DNA of 64,000 nucleotides from Eledone cirrhosa (Eukaryota): NCBI GenBank assembly GCA_964016885.1, contig OZ024740.1, positions 176,142,001 to 176,206,000 of the forward strand, read 5' to 3'. Shown piece by piece: positions 40,187 to 54,110 of this stretch (position 1 is its first letter; each line of letters starts with the position of its first letter). The notes under the pieces were generated by a model. It saw only the letters and a program-made list of their open reading frames with translations, ran no database searches and was not told where the DNA came from. The position numbers and the translations under genes were made by a program.

Positions 40187-40241
40187 ACTGCATTATATAT
40201 TTCAGTGACAGCCATCTTTGGCTGTGACCTCTTCAGGCAGT
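40187..40241 (-). ncRNA. Minimal type I hammerhead ribozyme, cleavage-site region decayed
   Basis: actgc CTGAAGA ggtcacagcca aaga tggctgtcact GAAA tatataat gcagt. Confidence 0.65.
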
Positions 40242-41157
40242 CCGAATTAGTGTGGTATAGACAAGTACATATGTTGTTGAGGTGTATGATTTTGTCAATA
40301 CTCTGATATGCCCAGTTCCTGGTTGGGTTGTTATTTCACTGAGGAACTGGAATCATATGAATTCAAACAAACGAATTTCAGTGTCAAAGGGCCTCTTCTC
40401 CTCTCATTGCTCAGTTGTTAGAACATTCCTCATTCTAAGTGTTGTTATTGTTGGAGTTAGCTTAAAAAATTGATAAAGTGGTAGAAGGAACAAGGTGGTA
40501 AAGGAACAAAATCACAAAAAAAAAAGTGTCAAACTTCCCATTGGTCAGTTTTGAGAGCATTCCTCAGTCAGAAGTCTATAGAATTCTTTCTAGGGTGAGG
40601 TTCTCTGTAGTGTTTGTGTTTGTATATGAAGAAATGTAAGGCAATAAATAAAGAAAACAGAAAATAAATAATAAATAGAGAATAAAGAATAAAGAATAAA
40701 TGAAAAATTGGTGAAAAAGTAATGAAAATGAATATGGAGAAGTGAAAAATAAAATGAAGATTCAAATAAAGTAGGATAAAGTGTGTGTGTGCTATAATCA
40801 ATCTCAAGGTCAGAAATATGTTGGATAGATTGGTATGAAGAACAAGATGTTAAAATAAGATAATCAAACAAAATGTGTTTGTGTTATAATCAATCTCAAC
40901 TTAAAAATAAATATAATGTGATACAGTGAAGAGAGCAGAAAACAAATAACAAATTAATAAAGAGAAATCAAGATTTAAAATTGGAACTTGAAAATCAGAA
41001 ATCAAGTAAATTAAAATGTGTTTGTGTTATATAGATGTTGGCCAAATTATAATGGCTGTGTCCAATTCAATCTCTAGGCTATCATGGTGTCTGCTCAGCC
41101 TGGGTTGTTCCCTATGGCTTGAGGGGATATATGTTGGTATACAACCAACATATACTC

Positions 41158-42606
<1,449 letters not shown>

Positions 42607-42611
<5 letters not shown>

Positions 42612-42776
42612 GTTTCCACATTTGGCACAAGGCCAGAAATTACCCACTACACTACTGGTACTTTATTTTATCGAACCCGTACGGATGAAAGGCAAAGTCA
42701 ACCTCGACGGGATTTAAACCCAGACCGTAAAGGGGCGTAACCATGCTAGAAAGCATGGCGTCCAACACTCTACCGA

Positions 42777-42780
<4 letters not shown>
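42607..42780 (-). mobile_element. tRNA-derived SINE
   Basis: Reverse complement of the 1559 family. Confidence 0.82.
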
Positions 42781-42811
<31 letters not shown>

Positions 42812-42878
42812 ATGTGAAGACTAAAATCCGAAGAGGGCTCGATATATATAAATATATATAAATATAAACACCGTAGAG

Positions 42879-42919
<41 letters not shown>

Positions 42920-42955
42920 TTAACATATATAAATATGTATATGTATATATTTATA

Positions 42956-43002
<47 letters not shown>

Positions 43003-43444
43003 CTGTGTGTGTGTATGTGTCTCTGTTTTATATTTATTTATATGTGAATGTATATGTATATATATATAATATGCATAATCAACATAACAATCTGTGACCA
43101 GGCTGGACGTTTATTTATGAGCGCAATCCATCAGAAGGAAGTCTACATAATTTACCATTATACAATTTCACGAACAAGGCTTCTATCGGCCTGAGGCTAC
43201 GATAGAAGACAATTACCCAATATGCACGCAGTCATTTCAAACGCGATAATTTCTACGTCCATTCAAATAAAAACACTAGGCAAATATCGAAAAATATACA
43301 TAAACTCTAAAACATTTTCTGCATTTCTTCCTTTTGACACGGAGACTGAGATAAAGATACAAATTTAAATACAGACTCCTTCACACACACATACACACAT
43401 GCGTACAGACATACGTACCCACATACATATATATACATAATACA

Positions 43445-43479
<35 letters not shown>

Positions 43480-43582
43480 CCAAGGAGTGTGACGTGAGTT
43501 ACTGTAGGTTCACCCAGGTGAGCAATCGATGTTTAGCTTCACGTCTGTTGCGAGGTGTAGAGCTAGACAGAGTGTAAATATA

Positions 43583-43759
43583 ATAATTGTTTCTACTTTT
43601 GACACAAGGCTAGCAAATATCTCAGTGTATTACTGGTACTTTATTTTATCGACCCCGTAAGGATGAAAGGCAAAGTTAACCTCGGCGGGATTTGAACTCA
43701 GACTCTTTGCTGCAAAGCATGGCGTCCGACCCTCTACCGATACTGCTAATCCACCGCCC
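43583..43759 (-). mobile_element. tRNA-derived SINE
   Basis: Reverse complement of the 1559 family. Confidence 0.88.
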
Positions 43760-44049
43760 TGTAAATATGTGTATAAATATAATAATACAAGGACGATTTG
43801 TTAAGCCTTCATTACGAAGATTTGTTAAGAAGAAATGTGTGTGTATATGTAAGTAAAATAGTGTGTATGTGCTTGTAAGTACGAAGCTATGTGAACAAGT
43901 ATGTTAATATAAGGGTGTGTATACAGAGCTGTGAAGAGAAAAGTGGAGTGTGCATATTTTGTCGGTCTGTATTAGTTGCAAGAGAATATGTTTCTGACCA
44001 TAAGAGAGCTATAGGAATCTAGGGGTGAATAAGCACATGCATGATAATA

Positions 44050-44415
44050 GACGGGGTATTAAAGAAAACGAGGGGGAGGGGGTGAGTTGAGTCCATGAGG
44101 GAAATAGGACGCAAGGCGGTAAATCTGACTCTGTCCAGTCCTGGAGTGGTAGATGAGATAGAAAGGAAGACGGGTGTTGGGAGGGTGTTGGTGAGGTGAG
44201 TGGGCTGTGGTGTGGTTTGTTTCAGGGGCGCGGGTGAGCGCAGCTTGGATCAGGATGATGGCATATCCATGCTGGATGAAGCGGGAAGCCATGTGAAGAG
44301 ATTGCGTTTCGAAATCGTCGTCCTGGCTTCAGAGCCTACGAAGACGGAGGAATTGGGAATAGGGTATGGACTGTTTGGTGTGGGTTGGATGGGAGGAGGT
44401 GAAGTCGCAGTAAGA

Positions 44416-44420
<5 letters not shown>
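44050..44420 (-). mobile_element. Penelope-like RT thumb fragment, same family as 6000-8575
   Basis: DFTSSHPTHTKQSIPYSQFLRLRRL..RFIQHGY. Confidence 0.8.
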
Positions 44421-44452
<32 letters not shown>

Positions 44453-44828
44453 ACAGGCAGATAGATAAATAAATAGATAGAAAGAGTTAGAGCGAGTAAG
44501 AGAAAGGGAGAGGGATTGTGTAATGGTGTACGAGAAAGGAGGTGATAAATTATGATATAAGAATTTAAGGATACGTATTTACTAAATCTCTAAGTAAATT
44601 TAAATAATAAACTCATTCACTCTCACAAATCAACGATATTTCCATGTTTTACTGATGTAATATTTTAATGACTGTTTATTGAGTAAATATTCGTCAAAGT
44701 TGTCTAAATAGTAAAATATTTGAAATAAAGTTTACTTATGACACAAACTGACATGTGGTTCACAAATCTATGTGTTTTTTTCTGAATGATTAACAACTTA
44801 CACCAGATGTCTTGAGCGAATTGGTTGA

Positions 44829-44835
44829 TATAAAA
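44829..44835 (+). promoter_or_regulatory. Candidate TATA box of the protease-like gene
   Basis: TATAAAA about 90 bp upstream of a consensus donor G|GTAAGT, in non-repeat sequence. Confidence 0.45.
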
Positions 44836-44857
44836 TAAAGCTTGACGATAAAATTCC

Positions 44858-44920
44858 ACAAAACAGAGCTACAAGAGAGGAGGGCCCTTAATTCGTCTTT
44901 GATCAAACATTTTGTGATTG
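44858..44920 (+). other. Candidate non-coding first exon (5' UTR)
   Basis: Ends at the donor TTG|gtaagt (44921); start inferred as about 25-30 bp after the TATA box. Confidence 0.45.
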
Positions 44921-45724
44921 GTAAGTATAGCACTTTAATATTATTAGTATCATTATATTATTGTTATTTGAAAAGATAAGAAGTTACAAGTCTACGAGAG
45001 AACAGGTTCGTAATTTTAAGTTGTTTTAAAATGTTATTTTGTGTTTCTTTTTGTTGATAACGGGGATTAAGGTACCCACCTTGGCCCCGAGGAAGGGAGA
45101 CCTTTCAATATTTGGGCTTTAAACCCGAATATTCAGATTTATTTTTAAAAACTTTGAAAGACTTTGAAAACATAAAAAAAATCGTGTTTATCAGAACGCC
45201 CAACGAGATGGCTCTAGTAGCACAAAAGTGAAGAAATTCAAACAGAGGGGAAGACTTTTGAATCAGCACATTTCGCATCACCAGCCCAATCGTCACAAAC
45301 ATCAACACCATCACCATCATCAACCCCAACACCACCATCACCAACACCACAAAAAACACAAACAAGCGAAACAGAAACAAACCCACAACAAACGCAAACA
45401 CAACAAAACGACCAAACCGCATTAAATTTGAACAATCCCGCCGAGGTTAACTTTGCCTTTAATCCTTACGGGGTCGATAAAATAAAGTACCAGTAATGCA
45501 GTGGGTAATTGCTGGCCTTGTGCCAAAAGTAGAAACAATTAAATTTGAACAATAAATAATTATTACATTACATCCAACACAACACCAGCATCAAAAACTA
45601 TACAACACCATAAAAATTCACACAACCCACACACATACAAATCACACGTAATACAGAAAAGATACACAATCTTAAAATTAAAATTCCCCAAGGACATCGG
45701 ACATTTTCAGCAAACACTTTCTTC

Positions 45725-46835
45725 AGGTGACTGGAGACCTTCCTAGGTGGTCCCCTCTTTAATGTTAGTGGGCGATTGGAATGGGATATTGGATGCGCGC
45801 TGGGATTGTGTGGGATTAGCGGATACGGGAGGAGGGTGCAAAAGCCTCACAAACTTGCTTAGACGTTTCCTACTGTCTGACTGGATTTCCCGAATGTGCC
45901 AATGTGGACATGGACAAACCGTATCGGGCGATGCGATCGGTGGAAACTTTACCTTGGCGTTCTATAGAAGCTTAGTGGAGGGAAAGAGCGACGACGTACT
46001 TGTGGATACTCTGGGCGTCGATGAAAATCAACTAGCCAATCTCTTCAGAAGAACTTTCGAACCGAGGCCCATAGACAACTTCCAGAAAACCCTGGCCTGG
46101 CAGTGCTACCGTGAAGCTTTGCCAGTTCGGGATAAACTCTACAGGTATGGGAGTGCTGTCAGCCGGGCCTGTCCAAGATGCACGCAGGGCGACGAAACCG
46201 CCCTGCACGCACTCGTCCATTGTCTGAGCATTGCTGACTTGTGGGTTTCTGCCGAACAACTGTTGTCGCGTGTAGGACGGATCCGGCTATCAGCTGAATC
46301 CATCTGAGGTTTTATCCGCCGCCTTCCTTTAGCCGGGAAGGGCAAGCAGTTTTTATCTGTCTGGTAGCCATGACGAAAAGGTCCTGTGGTGGACGCGTTT
46401 GAAAGGGCTGAAGACGAGCATTTACCTCTTCGGTGATGCCCTGATTAACCTTTTCAAATTTCATTTGAAAAGGAAAATCAGGGTGGAGAGAGACGTGCTC
46501 TCTTCCCAGTAATTTGTTGAAAGATGGGTGAGAGAGGCAAGCGTGGCCCGAGTGATTGGGCCTGCTCTGAGTATGCCCCGGTAAATTGGAGGTGGAAAAC
46601 TGGGAGAGGGCACTTGCCCTGGTGGTCAGGGTCACTGTGGCTTTTTTAATGAGCTTTCTCCACGAGTTTCCTTCGGAAGTCTACCCTCCTATTGGAGAAA
46701 TTTTCTTTGTTTCTTTTTTGGTCATTTCCTTTGTTTTTTCTTTACACGTAGAAATGCTCATTTCTATCGTCCTGTACCATCCTGTGCTGTCCTTAATGTT
46801 ATACTTCATGTCAACCCTTGTGGTTAAAGAAAGCA
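45725..46835 (+). mobile_element. Internally deleted L1/Tx1-like LINE
   Basis: Endonuclease piece LVGDWNGILD joined to the C-terminal CCHC region WQCYREALPV..CPRC..ETALHALVHC; RT missing; ends in (ATT)n. Confidence 0.75.
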
Positions 46836-46851
46836 TTATTATTATTATTAT

Positions 46852-47510
46852 TGGTGGATTGGCAGTATCGGTAGAGGGTCGGACGTCATGCTTTGACGCA
46901 TAGAGTTACGGCCCTTTCCCTTCTGAGTTGAAATCCCGCTGAGGTCAACTTTGCCTTTCACCCTTACGGGGTCGATAAAGTAATGTACTGGGTAACTGCT
47001 GGCCTTGTGCAATAGTAGAAACAATTATTATTATTATTATTATTATAATTAGGGTGGTTGATTGGCAGTATCGTTAGAGCGTTGAACAACATGCGTTGCA
47101 GTATAGAGTTATGGCCCTTTACGTTCTGCGATCAAATCCCGCCGAGGGTAGCTTTGTCTTTCATATCTAGTGAGTCGATAAAATAAAGTACCAGTCACAT
47201 ACTGGAGTCGATTTTATCGACTTCCCCTCCCCCTCTGATTACAGGCCTTGTGCCTAATCTAGAAACATTTATTATTATTATTTTTAGGGCGGTGGATTGG
47301 CAGTATCGGTAGAGAATCGGTCACGATGCTTTTCAGCATAGAGTTACGGCCCTTTACGGTCTGAGTTCAAATCCCGCCGAGGTTAACTTTGCCTTTCATC
47401 CTTATGGGGTCAATCACCAGTCACGCACTGGGGTCGATTTAATAGACTTCCCACCCACCCCTCTCGAAAAGAAAATGACTGGCCTTGTGCCTATACTAGA
47501 AATCATTATT
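46852..47510 (+). mobile_element. Three head-to-tail tRNA-derived SINEs
   Basis: Copies at about 46852, 47051 and 47286, each beginning in an (ATT)n tract. Confidence 0.88.
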
Positions 47511-47836
47511 GCTATTATTGTTGTTATTGTTTTAACTTCCATTTACCACATCTCAAGATTGACTTAGAAAAGATCCACTGTTCTCTCTCATGTCTTAATT
47601 AATTTACAAGTAGTGCCCTTATATTCTATGAATTACCTCCTTTTTAATATCACACAACAATTACCCTATATGTTACGGTATATATTGTATCATATACTAA
47701 ATTCTTATTGGAGATTGCCTCAAACATTCCACGGCAGTTTCTACTTAAGAAACTATTGAACTTGATTTTACTTCGCTTACAGTCTTTATCTTTGTCTTTA
47801 TTCACCTACAGTATAATTCTTCGTAATCACAACAAA

Positions 47837-47897
47837 ATGTATTTGCTGATACTTTACCAAATTCTCCTGAATGCTGGAGTTATTCTGTGCAGTTCAG
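47837..47897 (+). CDS. Coding exon 1 (signal peptide) of a probable S1 serine protease zymogen
   Basis: Acceptor ttcacctacAG (47811), A-rich start context caaaATG, MYLLILYQILLNAGVILCSS+G, donor CAG|gtatgt, phase 1. Confidence 0.75.
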
Positions 47898-49197
47898 GTA
47901 TGTTCATTATATTTATTATATATACTAGCAGAAAAACCACCCCTTGAGTGGTGTTCTGCTAGCCTGTGTCATATGCATATTGATATTATACGCAATATAA
48001 ACGTTATGATATAACGATGCAAATATAAGCGATATAATATAGCGTCTGATATATCATAACCGGAAATATTGACATTTGAAAATTTTAAAAGAAGTGAATC
48101 TTAAAATATTCTTGTGATGTTAAAAGCCGCCAGTTGCAGACTACGCATCAACATAAGATATCTCTCTCCACAAAGTTCGATCACCAGCAGCAGAGTTCAA
48201 AGAGCAAAGATCAAGTCCAGTCCATAAGTTGACATTGTCACGCCATCGTTTTGGCTGCCGGCCTCTGCTTCTCTTAGCAACCAACCTTCCTTCCAGGCAT
48301 AACCTACTCACACCACGAGTTGATCTTTTTATATGACCGTATAGTTTCAGTACTCTTGACTTGACAATTGATGTAATTGGTTTAAGTTTTGTAATGTTGA
48401 GCAGCTCACCGATACAAATCTTAAAATCTTAAAATAAGCAATCATTATATATCGAGGTCAATAAAATAAAGTCATGCACTGGGATAATTGCTGACCTTGT
48501 GCCAAAAGAAGAAACAATTATATATTAGAATATTTGTTTAATCTACAGCTACGAAATTCAGTACATAAATTATGTAATATTCATTCATCATTTATCCAAT
48601 GTAATCCAACTTATTTTACTAATGGGATAAAATAATATATTCAGGACACAATCCCGCACTTCTCCCCTTATTATATTAGGATATACATTTATGCCCAAAC
48701 AATTTCGAGTCTCAGACAAACGATCGAAGATTCGACAGTGCTATGTTATAATTCACGTAGCTATATCGAGACGTCACTGTAAGCAGTAAGCGATAGCTCA
48801 TTATCTCTGTCATTCCTTCTGTTTGTCACTGAACATCCTGGGAATAAACTTTGCAAACGTTCTGTGCATGTTCAGATTCTCATGAATAATTCTGTGCACA
48901 GTTGCCACACGAACTCCAAAGTGTATGCTTATTGTCTTTAAAGACACACAACAGTATTCATACAGAAAATCGTGAATTTTCTCAACCAGCGTTGTGAGGG
49001 AACAGAAATATATATATAAATATATATGTAAAAGTTCTATTTAAATTGTTGGGATACAACAAGCAAATATATTTATAACTGATACAAAAGCACTCAACAA
49101 ATAATTGGAGTAAAAATACTATCCGGGAGCTTCCAACAGTAATGGTTGCATTCTTTAAGGGTATGTCAATATTTATTTATAAAACTGCTCTATATTA

Positions 49198-49262
49198 TAT
49201 TTTATCTGATGAAAGCACACCATAATTTAACTTAGTGTCCTTGAAATATGTATAATGAAATA
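49198..49262 (+). ncRNA. Minimal type I hammerhead ribozyme
   Basis: tattttat CTGATGA aagcacac..gtgtcctt GAAA tatgta TA atgaaata. Confidence 0.75.
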
Positions 49263-49334
49263 AATCTGGTTTTATAAATATAGTTTCCATTTGTTAATAT
49301 CGTATATATATATTTATTTATTAAAATAACAGAT

Positions 49335-49429
49335 TAAAGTTTAAGCAAAGAATCTCTGCTTTCACTCTTAACGGGATCTTCTGAAGATCCTGTTAAGGGT
49401 GAAAGCAGCGATTCTTTGCTTAAACTTTA
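49335..49429. repeat. 95-bp near-perfect palindrome
   Basis: 47-bp arms around T49382 with three non-Watson-Crick positions. Confidence 0.92.
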
Positions 49430-50630
49430 CATAAACAGCGTTTCTGAGATTTCTTGTAATGAGATGCGCCAGGTCACTAATTATTAGATCCTCCTTCAGT
49501 AAGGTGATTATTCCATCGTCCACGCTAGCGTTCTTTCACGGTACTTGTTTCTTGCTGAAATCGTTCACTCTGTTCCTCACTTAAATCACCGAGGTTATAT
49601 CGTAAACAATCCAAATGGCTGTGGAAATAATGCGGTTTGATGCTCACAATCCCCATAGAAATTCTTCGTAAACATACTAAACGGTGACCATGCACATGCT
49701 ACAAGTAACTGCCATTCACTTGGCGTGTATTTTGATATGCCCAATTTCATCAGCAATTGTCATATTTTTTGCAGAAAACATAATCATTCTCTTTTGAGAA
49801 GAGCAGTAAAGCATTTCTCTTGAGGCAATATAACGTGATTTCTTTCCTAGTAAAAGTAAAGAATTTTCTCCAACCGGAAGCTAACAACTTAGATGTATGT
49901 CCTTGAGGAACCCTTTCTTTATTTTGATAAAATAGTTGTACATTGAAATATGCAACATAATCTCTTTTCACAAAATAACTAATATTTCTATTTCTGTGCA
50001 ATGAATGTGTACTCCCTGCAACTAAAACAAAAGACAGCTTCATGGTTTAAAAATATTCGTCATGGTGAATCATTTACTGCACATGTATCAGAAATGAAAG
50101 CACATGCAAAATAACAATATCAACAAGATCATAGCGTCAATTTAATCATGCAGATGAATTTAGATTTACGGGCAAGTGAAAATACCTTTCCAAAAGAGTA
50201 ATAATGTAGGTAATGACGTATGCAATACCTATATCTTTAGCGCAGTTGGAATACAAAGGGTGGTATTTTCTGAATCAGTGGCAATATATATCCAGAATCA
50301 TATCTGAAATACCAGATAACAGAAAAAGAAACTGTTCCCAAGTGATAACAAGATGTTGAAAACATGTCATTTATTAAGGTGCGGGGTAATATGTGTATGG
50401 AGGTGAGGTGGAATTAATGTATTAGGGTTGGTGCAAATTGACTGAGTGTCTAGCTTAGCCTCAGGGAACATCTCTTGGTTCATTTGATGTAAGATCGTTT
50501 AGCAAAAAGCAAATAGAAGCTGCCAAGGCAGAGGCAGACTGGGATGGGATGTTAAATATAAAGGTATGCCATACACGATTAAAAAATATAATGAATATTC
50601 TAAACAATAAATTTATTTTAACATTTTCAG

Positions 50631-50672
50631 GTGACAAGCCATGGTATATTAAGCATTGGAAAGACAATTCCA
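50631..50672 (+). CDS. Coding exon 2 (42-bp micro-exon, propeptide)
   Basis: Acceptor ttttaacattttcAG, (G)DKPWYIKHWKDNS, donor A|gtatgt; phase 1-1, frame-compatible with both neighbours. Confidence 0.7.
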
Positions 50673-50899
50673 GTATGTATTTCAATTATATAAATTATAG
50701 GTATTTTTGTTGTTACTTTTATACTTCTCTGGAAGTAGTTACTTTGGTAAATATACATGCATAGAAAATTATAGATTGACACTCAGATTGACAGATAGAG
50801 AGGTAGGTAGGTACGTATGTATGTACATATAGTTATGCAGGCAGATATATAGACAATTAGGTGGGTAAATAGACACACACACACACAAACACACACACA

Positions 50900-50938
<39 letters not shown>

Positions 50939-51299
50939 TATACAGATATAGGGATAGATTGATAACTAGTTAGATAGATACATAGATAGATAAAGAAATA
51001 GAAGGTTAGATAGACAGATAAATAGATAGACAGATAGGGAGAAGACAGACGGATAGATAGACGATTGAGGATACATATATATATATATGTGTGTGTGTGT
51101 AGCTTATATTTATATATATACGCTTGAATATTTGTTTTTCTTTTACCATCACACTCATTCATTGCGACTATCACCGTATTTCGTTTCGAACACTTAAAAT
51201 AAATTACAAAAATGTCTTTCCACATTATATTTAGTCATTATAAATCATATATACACTGAATTATGATGACCTTGTTTACCTATGTATCTATATACCTAT

Positions 51300-51515
51300 C
51301 AGGGGTACAAGCGCCAACAAGGTCTGTTGCGGAACACCAGCAGTCTTCCATGCATATCATCTCCACTCTCCACCTTACTAATACCGCCCAAAGGAAAAGC
51401 TAAGGCTGATACAGCTTGGCAACAGTGAAGTCTCAACTCATTCCTACAGCTGAGTAAACTAGAGCAACGTGAAATAAAGCGTCTTGCTCAATGATACAAC
51501 GACACAACGACCGGG
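51300..51515 (-). mobile_element. Older SINE-like element, truncated at a hairpin
   Basis: gatacagcttggca..acagctgagtaaactagagcaacgtgaaataaagcgtcttgctcaa resembles a common octopus SINE body (from memory, not searched). Confidence 0.55.
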
Positions 51516-52036
51516 CGATCCCGGTCGTTGTGTCGTTGAGTGAGATAGATAGATAAGTAAATTATTACAAATAGATAACATGACTGATAGATTAACAGAA
51601 AGAGGGAGAAAGAGAGAGAGAGAGTAAGACATAGAGAGGGAGAAAACCAGCCAGATAGAAATGGGAAGGTAGATAAATATATTCATTATGCGAAGACAGA
51701 TAGGCACTTAGGTAGGTAGCTAGAGATAGCTCTGGACAACTGATTATATTTTAAACATTGCTTGAGTAAGAGAGGTAGGAAGAAGATATCAATTTCTCAT
51801 TTCCCAGTCAAATATAGCATAAAGCGTTTCTCATTTTCTCCCTAACACGTGTTTTATTTTCCTTGTGAATCATGATACTCTTGTTTTTCATCCTACTATA
51901 GGGCTGTTTACTCGTGATGCTTCTTTTTTCTTTCTTTTTCACTTTTTTTCTCTATATTTCCCTATTCTTTTTTCATTTGTTTCCTTTTCTTTTTATTTTT
52001 CACATTATTATAGTTGTCATTATTACTATTATTATA

Positions 52037-52235
52037 GAGCGGTGGCTTGCCAGTATCGTTAGAGGGTCGGACGCCATGCTTTGCAGCATAGAGTTACGGC
52101 CCTTTATGATCTGAGTTCAAATCCCGCCGAAGTTAACTTTGCTTTTCATCCTTACGGGGTCGATAAAATAAAGTACAGTAATGCACTGGGATAATTGCTG
52201 GCCTTGTGCCAAAAGTAGTAAAAATTATTACTATT
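52037..52235 (+). mobile_element. tRNA-derived SINE
   Basis: 1559 family. Confidence 0.9.
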
Positions 52236-52392
52236 ATTATAAGAAGAGTTGAAATTAATTATTACACATATATATATAAATACAAGTAGAAGGGATATTT
52301 AATTTGTTGGAAATTCAACAAATATAAATGTATATAACTGATTCAGAGCACTCGACAGCTTCTGGAGTAAATATTCAATGATATTAAATATT

Positions 52393-52454
52393 TATTCTAT
52401 TATATATATTTCAAGGGTACCAAAAACTTTGGTACGCTTTCATCAGATAAAATA
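52393..52454 (-). ncRNA. Minimal type I hammerhead ribozyme
   Basis: tattttat CTGATGA aagcgtaccaaa gtt tttggtaccctt GAAA tatata TA atagaata. Confidence 0.8.
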
Positions 52455-52534
52455 CAAAGTGTGTTTATAAATTTTGACATAGCCAAGGAAACATACCTTA
52501 TCAGTTGAATTTTCCTTGGTAGTATATAAATACA

Positions 52535-52567
<33 letters not shown>

Positions 52568-52568
52568 G

Positions 52569-52612
<44 letters not shown>

Positions 52613-52622
52613 CATACCTACA

Positions 52623-52673
<51 letters not shown>

Positions 52674-52683
52674 TACATACATA

Positions 52684-53350
52684 CATGGTGGCTGCCAACT
52701 CGTTTTCGAGTACGGCCACTACTTTATATCCATGTAGGAGAACCCCTACCGATGCGCTGAACGAATGTGACTTTTTAGTCCAGCCAGCAACTTGAAAACT
52801 CTGGTACAAAGACTACACTTGTGACCATTATTGACACATAGTGCAGGGCCCATGGTACCATGTGATGACAAGTGCAGAGAGATCTCCAGATATAAAGCAA
52901 TGCCTGTGCTGTGAAGCTTTTATAGTGAGCAAAGGCACTGCACAAAGCCAGTCCCACTCTCTTAACCAAGATGATATTTACCAAAAAGAAGAACAAGTCA
53001 ACATCATTGGATACCATCAGGGTTGCAGGTGTGATATCATAGTTTTCCTTCTCCTAGAATTCTGCCTTGACAAAGGCTCAGGGGTCATCTCTCCCGGTGA
53101 TTTTGGATGGCCATTGACTCTTAAGAGCTCCTTTGCCCTTTGACAGGTTTTGTTTTTAGTCCTGCAGGATGTCCAAAGTCACCCTCCTCACCAAGAAACC
53201 TTGGTGGGATAGCCAGTTTAGTCGCCAACGACCCGACCATGAGACAGGTTGTACTGGGATACATGTTACCAGTAGCACCAACTGGTGACCTGACATAATA
53301 CATACATACATACATACATACATACATACATACATACATACATACATACA

Positions 53351-53386
<36 letters not shown>

Positions 53387-53754
53387 TGGTGGCTGCCAAC
53401 TCGTTTTCGAGTACGGCTACTACTTTATATCCATGTAGGAGAACCCCTACCGATGCGCTGAACGAGTGTGACTTTTTAGCCCAGCCAGCGACTTGAAAAC
53501 TTTGGTACAAACACTACACTTTTGACAATTATTGACACATAGTGATGGGCCCATGGTACCATGCAACGACAAATGCAGAGAGATTTCCAGATATAAAGCA
53601 ATGCCTGTGCCGTGAAGCTTTTATAGTGAGCAAAGGCACTGCACAAAGCCAGTCCCACTCTCTTAACCAAGATGATATTTACCAAAAAGAAGAACAAGTC
53701 AACATCATTGGATACCATCAGGGTTGCAGGTGTTATATCAGAGTTTTCCTTCTC
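52684..53754 (-). mobile_element. Two tandem copies of a short non-autonomous RTE derivative
   Basis: 52684-53296 (longer) and 53387-53754 (5'-truncated); body homologous to the RTE 5' UTR at about 27780-28000; 3' end ggccgtactcgaaaacgagttggcagccaccat + (TGTA)n resembles the RTE 3' end at 31935-31970. Confidence 0.8.
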
Positions 53755-54110
53755 ATACATACATACATACATATATACATACATACATACATACATATAT
53801 ACATACATACATGCATACATACATGCATACATATATAACTACATATATACATACATACATACAGACAGACAGACACACACTCATACACTCATACATACAT
53901 AGTACATACATACATACATGTATAGATACATACATACAAGCATACATATATAACTACATATATACATACATACACACATACATAGTACATACATACATAC
54001 ACACATACATACATAGTACATACATACACACATGCATACATGCATACATACATACATACATGCATACACACATACATACATACATGCGTACATACATACA
54101 TACATACATA

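Noticed and set aside
45228-45425. His/Gln/Lys-rich ORF
   Set aside because: Low-complexity CAC/CAA/AAC repeats with no splice or start support
47925-47962. Hairpin ctagcagaa..ttctgctag just after the signal-peptide exon
   Set aside because: Short and imperfect; most simply a decayed Helitron-type end, with no evidence of function
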